A stretch of DNA of 64,000 nt from Candidatus Bathyarchaeum tardum. GTDB taxonomy: Archaea > Thermoproteota > Bathyarchaeia > Bathyarchaeales > Bathyarchaeaceae. The DNA lies in the NCBI GenBank assembly GCA_024650005.2, contig CP122380.1, forward strand, positions 1,696,001-1,760,000. Reading direction: 5' to 3'. Shown piece by piece: positions 57,426 to 64,000 of this stretch. The notes under the pieces are model-generated. The model did not search any database. It had not been told where the DNA came from and worked only from the letters and a program-made list of their open reading frames with translations. A program made the position numbers and the translations under genes. Numbering within the stretch: the first letter of the stretch is position 1; every line of letters begins with the position of its first letter.

Positions 57426-59966
57426 TTATTTGCGTTTTAGGAACCAGTAAGCGGCTACGCCGATTACTGCGGCTACTGCAACTGCTGCGATGATTGCAAT
57501 TTCTGTTGTAATGAAGGAAGTTGCGGGTTCTTGGGTTTCTACTGGTGTTTCAACGTCAACGGGTTCTTCTGGTTCAATTGGTGCTGATACTGCAGGTGCA
57601 GGGTCAACGGTCAGGTAAGTTGTGGTTGTTGAGCCATAATATGCGCCAGAGCCTTGAAAGGTAGCATAGATTTGGTATGTGCCTTCCATTTCTGGTTTAA
57701 AGGCCAAGGCCCAGTTTCCGTAAGCGTCGCTGATAGTTCGGCTAATGTCCATGTAGTGACCGCTAGGATCGATTGCAAATAGGATCACTTCAACACCTTC
57801 AATGTCTTCGGGCATTGCAAATTGTTTGTAAACATGTAGCATCCATGCGCTCATGTCTTCGTCAGAGATTGCGGGTACACCATTGGGGAATCTTGTAGTC
57901 AAAGAGATGTCTTGTGTTCCTGGAGAAACGTCCATTATAGTTCCAGTGATTTGTGCGCTAGATCCAACTGTTACACCAGAAGAGGGTGCTTGAGCGGTTA
58001 GTGCACTTGGACCTTTGCCAATTGCGTAGATTTGTTGGTCATAAGTGTCCATTCCAACTATAATGCTGTCACCGATGATTGCTCGTCCTCCCCATCGAGT
58101 GGTACGGAAAGCTCCATCGATTCTCCAGATTTCTTCACCAGTCAATGCGTCAAGGCATACGAAGGGTGCACCTCTTGGTCGTGGATCCACTGCAGAGTGT
58201 TCAGTGTGGGCTACGTAGATTTTGCCGTCAGTGATGAACATTGGTTTAACCCACCAGTTGTTTGACCATAGCATTTCAGAGTATGGGTCAGTTACTTGGT
58301 AGGTCCATTCAACATCACCAGTTAGAACGTCATAGCAGTAAACTAATCCACCAATGCTGGCTGAATAGAGTTTACCATAAGCAATGTGTCGGACATTTGC
58401 TGGAGAGTCTTCAAGTGCGTTTAGATAGTGTTCCGATGGAGTTGGACCCCACATGTATCTTCCAGTTTCAGTACTAAAGCCATAGTGTTCACGGAGTTCT
58501 CGGATATACAGGACAATAGCGCCGTCTTCAAGACTTGAGGCAACAAAACCACCCATAGCGCCTGATACAGTTACGTTAGCGTCAAACCAATAGTCAGGTG
58601 CGTTATAGGTTTCGTCGAATAAAACATCACCTTCGTCACCAGATTTCAGGCTTAATCCAACTAGGGTAACTTCTTTAGTAGAGGATGAACCTAAGATTAC
58701 ACGGTCCTCAATTCCTGCAACAACAATGCTGCCTGGTGCATCTTCTGGAATTGAAACGTTCCAAAGCCAACCAGCGGAAAGTTCGTTTGCATCATAGGTT
58801 TTCATTTCTATTGTGTTTCCCCAGCTGCCGTCACCGTAACCAGTTGCAGTACTGATGAGGGCGTCGTTCATGGACCATAAGGCCATCCAATCGTTTTGTG
58901 CGTTGACACGTAGGATGTAGATTTCGTTGTGTGGACCGTATAGTCTAGTTCCTGAAGGAATGTTGTTTATAGTGAATCTCCAATCGCCAGTGTAGGCGTC
59001 AAATGCATTCCATTGGCTTCCAATATTTGCGTACAGATATGAGAATCCACCGTGGTAGTTCATTCCATCCCAGTATAGGTTTTGAGCAAAGGAAATTGAC
59101 CTATTGTCAAGGAAAACTTTGCGCCAAATTTCTTCACCAGTTGTAAGATCAACACAAACGGTTTCACGTTTGGTTATAGGTCGTGAACCGCCAGTTTCAT
59201 AGTAAAGTCGTCCATTCAGGATGTATCTTACTGGGAATTTGCCTTCATATGCATCTCCAGTTCCCATACTGAGTCCACCTAAGTTTCCTCCAACAAGTCC
59301 ACCGAAGACATCTAATTCTTTGTTCCATAGGATGTGTGCTGTTTCTGGACCTTCGTTGTATGGTGCATACACATTTAGGAGTTCAAGATTATCAGTCCAG
59401 CTTCCTGAAATTGTGTTCCATTCTCTGAGTTGTGCATCAATTGGGCGGTCCCAATAGAATGTTGGTTTGGGGTGTCCGGGGTGATATTCGATTGGATCTG
59501 CAAGTACTTGTAGTTCGAGTTCTTCACTGTAGCTTTCTAGGTAAGTTAGGTTACCTTGGTACTGTGAGAAAAATCCAGTGACTATAGCCCATTGTTCGGG
59601 GAAGTGAGTTTGCAGGGTGTATATTCCAGACATTGTAGGAACAAAAACGTCACCAGTTCCACCGGTTGAGTCAGTTCGGTATGGACCAAGGGTTTCAACT
59701 GAGCCATCTGGTTTAGTCACGATTACAGTCATATCTTCCCAACCATCTGCGGCAGATTGAAGATAGTCTGTAATACCAATGTGCAGCAATACTGGCTGAC
59801 CAACACCTACAGGATTAGGCATTGCACCAATGTATGCAACTGTTGCTTTAGTACGAATTTGTTCTTGTGCAGATACAGCAGGCAAAGCGACGATAATAGC
59901 AGAAATAGCGAGTAATAGAACCAAAGTGATAGTAGCAATTTTTGAATTTACATTCAAGTTTTTCAT
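57426..59966 (-). CDS. PQQ-like beta-propeller surface protein
   Basis: Signal peptide, PNPVGVGQ, TAHILW, DLTTGEEIW/DALTGEEIW repeats, QIYAIGKGPS, C-terminal TM. Confidence 0.85.
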   Translation of the reverse strand: MKNLNVNSKIATITLVLLLAISAIIVALPAVSAQEQIRTKATVAYIGAMPNPVGVGQPVLLHIGITDYLQSAADGWEDMTVIVTKPDGSVETLGPYRTDSTGGTGDVFVPTMSGIYTLQTHFPEQWAIVTGFFSQYQGNLTYLESYSEELELQVLADPIEYHPGHPKPTFYWDRPIDAQLREWNTISGSWTDNLELLNVYAPYNEGPETAHILWNKELDVFGGLVGGNLGGLSMGTGDAYEGKFPVRYILNGRLYYETGGSRPITKRETVCVDLTTGEEIWRKVFLDNRSISFAQNLYWDGMNYHGGFSYLYANIGSQWNAFDAYTGDWRFTINNIPSGTRLYGPHNEIYILRVNAQNDWMALWSMNDALISTATGYGDGSWGNTIEMKTYDANELSAGWLWNVSIPEDAPGSIVVAGIEDRVILGSSSTKEVTLVGLSLKSGDEGDVLFDETYNAPDYWFDANVTVSGAMGGFVASSLEDGAIVLYIRELREHYGFSTETGRYMWGPTPSEHYLNALEDSPANVRHIAYGKLYSASIGGLVYCYDVLTGDVEWTYQVTDPYSEMLWSNNWWVKPMFITDGKIYVAHTEHSAVDPRPRGAPFVCLDALTGEEIWRIDGAFRTTRWGGRAIIGDSIIVGMDTYDQQIYAIGKGPSALTAQAPSSGVTVGSSAQITGTIMDVSPGTQDISLTTRFPNGVPAISDEDMSAWMLHVYKQFAMPEDIEGVEVILFAIDPSGHYMDISRTISDAYGNWALAFKPEMEGTYQIYATFQGSGAYYGSTTTTYLTVDPAPAVSAPIEPEEPVDVETPVETQEPATSFITTEIAIIAAVAVAAVIGVAAYWFLKRK

Positions 59967-60173
59967 TCTTTTTCACCTTTTTTCGATGTCATAGTAATAA
60001 AGGGCAAGCTTATTTAAAATTTGTTGCAAGACACAGAAAAAAAACAAATAGATTAATAATAAAAAAGTGAAAAACATTAATCTTTTCGCATAAAAAACAT
60101 TGTTAGATATACGTATAATCCAGTAATGTAGAAACAAAACAGAACCGAAATCATAGCTCAGCGTATTCAATGA

Positions 60174-60962
60174 CTAAAAAAGAAAAGCACCCAATAGGTA
60201 CCAGACGATGTCACCGTAAGTTAATGCGATAATTAAGCCCGCGGTGATAAAAATAAGAAGGGGCAACCCAGGAGTTGCCCACACCCAGCCGTCAGACATA
60301 CTCTCTTTGAGTCGACTGATAATATCTTCTCTTTCGTCATAATCAGGAAAAACTAAAAGTTTTCTTGTTTTTTCTCCAGCTTCATTTATTTCAACGTCTT
60401 CAAGGGGAAACATGTGGCTGGTTTCTAATTTGGACAATTTTATTTTGTAACCACTGATCAAGGCAAGAATTTTTCTTCCAAAAGACTCTTTTTTTAGCCC
60501 TTCAAATATTTTTTCGTTGTTTCGGGTTGTCCAAATGATATTGCGAAAAATTGCAAAAAATACGCTAAGTGCCCCCAATAATACACTGTTGCTAAAGATT
60601 GTTATAGGAAACAGTGGGGAAACAAAACCCGCTGAAGGACCTAAAAGATTGGTTGGATAAACAGGCAACGCTAATGCAATGCACATCAAAGCTTTTGCGT
60701 CTGCACCTCCAAAGCCTCCAACATAAAATATTGCAATAGCCAATCCAGAGGTTATAGCAAAAGATAGGACATAAAAGGTCACCATTTGAAAAGGTTGGGA
60801 AGAGAACAATAAAATTTGTAAACCAGTTAACAAAAGTGCTAACGGTCCAAAAATGACCCAAACTTTGTTGCTTACTTCTCTAGTTTTGTAGTCACTCCAC
60901 GAGGCATATATTAGAAAACTAAGGCATAAAATAATTCGGGCACCATCAAATATTTGGTTCAC
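60174..60962 (-). CDS. Archaeal prepilin/preflagellin peptidase (A24, FlaK/PibD-like)
   Basis: YASWSDYKTREVSN, GGADAKAL, WATPGLP, GD. Confidence 0.9.
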   Translation of the reverse strand: MNQIFDGARIILCLSFLIYASWSDYKTREVSNKVWVIFGPLALLLTGLQILLFSSQPFQMVTFYVLSFAITSGLAIAIFYVGGFGGADAKALMCIALALPVYPTNLLGPSAGFVSPLFPITIFSNSVLLGALSVFFAIFRNIIWTTRNNEKIFEGLKKESFGRKILALISGYKIKLSKLETSHMFPLEDVEINEAGEKTRKLLVFPDYDEREDIISRLKESMSDGWVWATPGLPLLIFITAGLIIALTYGDIVWYLLGAFLF

Positions 60963-61050
60963 GTTAGATCATCTGCTGCTATATGTTTTAAAAAATGGTA
61001 TAAAAACTAAATGAAATAAAGAATTAATTTGGAAAAGAGGAAGAGAAGGT

Positions 61051-61482
61051 TTATGCTTCTCTGTTGAATGGAATACTAATTCCTTCTTCAGTTCCCATTC
61101 TGAAGTAGTACATGTTTCCGTCAATCCAGTTATGCTGAATTGTAACATTTAGGGTTGAACCAGCAGTAACCATTTGAGTTCCCGGAACAAAATTCGATGA
61201 TTTTTGGATAAGGTTTGAAGCCGAGTCGCCTACATATACGGTATCAATTTTTGCGTCAGCAGTTCCAGAATTGCGCACTATGATTTCGACATAATTGCTA
61301 CCTGAAGTGTAAAATCTTACGTTTTCTACAGTTAAGATTGCGCCTGCGCTGCTAGCAGTGGTTTCAGTGAATGTAATTACCCAAGCGTATGTAACGATGA
61401 CTGCTGCTACTGCAATGACAATCAATAGTAGGGTTGCAAGAATTGGTGAAATTCCTTTCTTTGATTTGATAATGTTCCTCAT
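61051..61482 (-). CDS. Archaeal type IV pilin
   Basis: Class III signal KKG/ISPILATLLLIVIAVAA; VRNSG. Confidence 0.9.
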   Translation of the reverse strand: MRNIIKSKKGISPILATLLLIVIAVAAVIVTYAWVITFTETTASSAGAILTVENVRFYTSGSNYVEIIVRNSGTADAKIDTVYVGDSASNLIQKSSNFVPGTQMVTAGSTLNVTIQHNWIDGNMYYFRMGTEEGISIPFNREA

Positions 61483-61643
61483 GATTAGACTTCCTTTAAC
61501 CAGAAACAGTGGATTATTGTATTTAATACATATGAAATCAGAGTATATATTGCGCCTAAGTGTTTAATTCAGAATCCGAGTTAAACAAAAGATGAATGTT
61601 CTTTAAAAAAACATAAACAATTCATATCAATTTAAAGCACTGT

Positions 61644-62180
61644 TTATTTAACAATTTCGAAAACAAGGGGAGGCGTGATAGTACGCACGTCCAAGCTTAC
61701 TCCAATCAAAGATTCTATGAAACCGCACAAAAACTTTGCATTGCTAATTAATGGAGTTCGGATTATTACAAATTTGTCTTTAAGGTAAAAGTCGCCAAAA
61801 CCTTGAACCCGCAATCGTTTGAATACTTCATCCCATTTCTCTTTGTTGGAGGTTTCAATATCCATGCTGGCTTCCAGTGAAACTTTGGCCATTTTTCCGA
61901 TTTCGTTTCCTACTTCTTTCCATTTATTTTCTGGTATGTTCTTTAGAAGAACGTCAAGAAATTCAACGTTGATGAAAGCTACACGGCTGATGCCAATGTA
62001 GTATTCTCCTGGAAATTTCCAGTCATAAATTCGCATACTGCGATAAACATCAAGCATTTTTGATACTAACGGCTTGATTCCAGGCTCTCGTCCCTGATTA
62101 ATAAGGGAGTCAATATAATCCCGTTCATCTTGATCTAAAATTATTGTTGTTCTTTTTACTGAACGCTCCCGTGGAGCCAT
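61644..62180 (-). CDS. Hypothetical protein, RHH-like N-terminus + V4R-like domain
   Basis: KRTTIILDQDERDYIDSLI; SRVAFINVEFL..EVG.EIG..GFG..FLCGFIE. Confidence 0.6.
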   Translation of the reverse strand: MAPRERSVKRTTIILDQDERDYIDSLINQGREPGIKPLVSKMLDVYRSMRIYDWKFPGEYYIGISRVAFINVEFLDVLLKNIPENKWKEVGNEIGKMAKVSLEASMDIETSNKEKWDEVFKRLRVQGFGDFYLKDKFVIIRTPLISNAKFLCGFIESLIGVSLDVRTITPPLVFEIVK

Positions 62181-62406
62181 GTTTCCCTCTCCGGTATATT
62201 AGTTATGCTCAGAAGCATATTTTATATGTTTCGATTCCGAAGTTTCATGCCCATACTCTTATTCATCAGCTACAAACCCAAAAAAGACTGAAACTGCACT
62301 AATTTGAATAAATAACACAAAAATGTATACGCAGTTCATAAACGTTATTTATTAAAAAAGAAGAACAAGAACAAACAGAATCAACATAACAAGGAAGATT
62401 GAACTT

Positions 62407-62628
62407 ATGCAGCCACCTCTGGTGTATAAAATGAACCTAACAGAGCTTCAAGGAGAAGGAGATTTCCCTTGCCCAAGCTGTGGAACAATCATATCGCCTG
62501 AAGACGAAACAGAAGACGTCTACACAATACTAGATACAAGAGTATGTGACGGAGAATTAGAAGAACTAGAAATACAATGTAACAACTGTAAAAGCAAAAT
62601 CCGATTAACAGGGTTCAATATTTCCTAA
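62407..62628 (+). CDS. Small Zn-ribbon protein
   Basis: FPCPSCG...IQCNNC. Confidence 0.8.
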   Translation: MQPPLVYKMNLTELQGEGDFPCPSCGTIISPEDETEDVYTILDTRVCDGELEELEIQCNNCKSKIRLTGFNIS

Positions 62629-62825
62629 GCTTAAAATCAAACAAAACAATTCGGAACATCAGTTTTGATGGTCAAGCATTTTCTAGTTTGCAACATTTAG
62701 ACCAAAATAATTTTGTGGGTTAGTCCAAAGCAACCCAACAACACTAACCCTGACGCCTATATTTTAGGATGCTCCAGACATAAAATATCCCGAGCACATC
62801 AAGATAACACGATTAGTTTGATTAA

Positions 62826-63434
62826 TCATATATCTGCAACAGGTACATCAGAGGTTTTTTCATCGGTTTTTTCCTGAAATGCAAGATCAGGTTGTATACT
62901 AAAAACGGTTTCTGGAAAATCATTGGTTTCTTGCGTGTTCCTGATTAATTCTTGTTTTTGGCGTTTTCCTTTAACATCAAACCATGCCATCATAGCATAA
63001 GGCAAAGACATGTAAGCAGTAGCCAACAACGGATTACGGAATAACGGAGCTAATCCAAGAATTTGATCCAAAGGTCCACCACTGACGTCTGTAACTGCTC
63101 CTTGAACTATGTTGGCTAATACTGCAAGGGTTAAGCAAACAAAAAATTGCATAAGAACCCCGCGTTGTTTTCCCAGAAGCACTGCAGGAATAAATGAAGA
63201 TAACAAAAAAATCCAAGCGAAAGAATGGATAAATACAATCAAATCGATTCTAGTTGCCATCCATTCTCCGACGACAGGAAGTGTTCCCATTATAGAGGTT
63301 GTAATTGTGTTCACAGTTATTTCTGTAAACAATTGGTAGGTCGTCATTAAAGTCCATGCTACCGACATATAAACTGGAGTTAGTAAAGTAGCTTTTCCCA
63401 AGCTCTTTCCCCGTATTTTATTTGGCAACATCAT
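62826..63434 (-). CDS. Hypothetical membrane protein
   Basis: About 4 TMs and an acidic tail. Confidence 0.7.
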   Translation of the reverse strand: MMLPNKIRGKSLGKATLLTPVYMSVAWTLMTTYQLFTEITVNTITTSIMGTLPVVGEWMATRIDLIVFIHSFAWIFLLSSFIPAVLLGKQRGVLMQFFVCLTLAVLANIVQGAVTDVSGGPLDQILGLAPLFRNPLLATAYMSLPYAMMAWFDVKGKRQKQELIRNTQETNDFPETVFSIQPDLAFQEKTDEKTSDVPVADI

Positions 63435-63609
63435 GTCTTAAATATTACGGTATCAGAATATGGTTTTTAGCAGTAAAACAAAAAGAGAAAAAAAAATAAA
63501 AAGAAAAAACGAAACTGGATTACAACTATCAGCTTGCAACAAACTACGAACTTCGTAGAAGTCTTGCTGTTAGTTATCCATACGTAGAGATTTTGCTAGC
63601 CTTTGTTGC

Positions 63610-63906
63610 TTAGCTTCGGTTCAAGGTGATCTCGATTGTAGAAATCATCCTTGAGTTGGTTTCTCCTTCCCGTGGTGGCATCTCTTCGGTTCCGATTGTG
63701 ATTTTGTCGACTTTCATTTCTTTGACAAATCTGCGTCTTGCAATTTCGACTGCGTCAACTGCTGTGGTTATTGCTTGTCCTCGTGCTTTTACTGTCACGT
63801 CTTTGGTTTCGGCTCCGCTGAATGCGGTTACGATGCCTAGCACATAATTCATGGGGGGTTTTCTACCTACATATATAATATTTGAGTCGCTAGTTTTTTT
63901 GCTCAT
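63610..63906 (-). CDS. albA: DNA/RNA-binding protein Alba
   Basis: IYVGRKPPMNYV, KARGQAITTAVDAVE, IGTE, ISTIEI. Confidence 0.95.
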   Translation of the reverse strand: MSKKTSDSNIIYVGRKPPMNYVLGIVTAFSGAETKDVTVKARGQAITTAVDAVEIARRRFVKEMKVDKITIGTEEMPPREGETNSRMISTIEITLNRS

Positions 63907-64000
63907 TTTGCGATTCTCCGTGGTTTGGTGCTGTTAATGTTGGATGGACTGACTTTTAAATCCTCCTGTCCAAATAAAAACAATAAACAATTAACGTTTT

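Noticed and set aside
63544-63558. CTACGAA-C-TTCGTAG palindrome downstream of alba
   Set aside because: Single 7-bp inverted repeat with no second copy or clear promoter context

Overview
Archaeal chromosomal window, most likely Bathyarchaeia. This is inferred from Alba, TrpY, an archaeal pilin/prepilin peptidase pair, PEF-CTERM-like and PQQ/NosD surface proteins, and U73 tRNA-Thr genes. About 0.6-26 kb is core metabolism: cimA-ilvB-ilvN, a radical SAM/SPASM pair, a complete his operon (hisZ-G-D-C-HAD-B-H-A-F-IE plus a prenyl synthase) with a divergent AbrB-ACT regulator, trpY/trpB2 and class II RNR. 27.3-32.7 kb is an AT-rich block of secreted proteins. 37.7-40.4 kb is a membrane-anchored wHTH regulator plus SHOCT microproteins whose promoters share 11-bp-phased GTTTCA repeats. 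40.5-47.4 kb is a decayed accessory island at the 3' side of tRNA-Thr(TGT). It holds a pseudo-tRNA, an att-like remnant, an AbiE-like pair with a 20-bp palindrome, several unannotated RHH/Zn-finger microgenes, and PEF-CTERM-like genes sharing a GTCAA-N6-TTGAC operator. The rest has pckG, tRNA-Thr(CGT), thiL, a MetE-like protein, NUDIX enzymes, a repeat-flanked orphan, surface proteins, pilin genes and alba. Three essential amino-acid biosynthesis genes (cimA, hisZ, hisH) appear to need non-canonical start codons. No CRISPR array, rRNA, integrase or transposase was seen. All product calls come from motif recognition by eye, not database searches.
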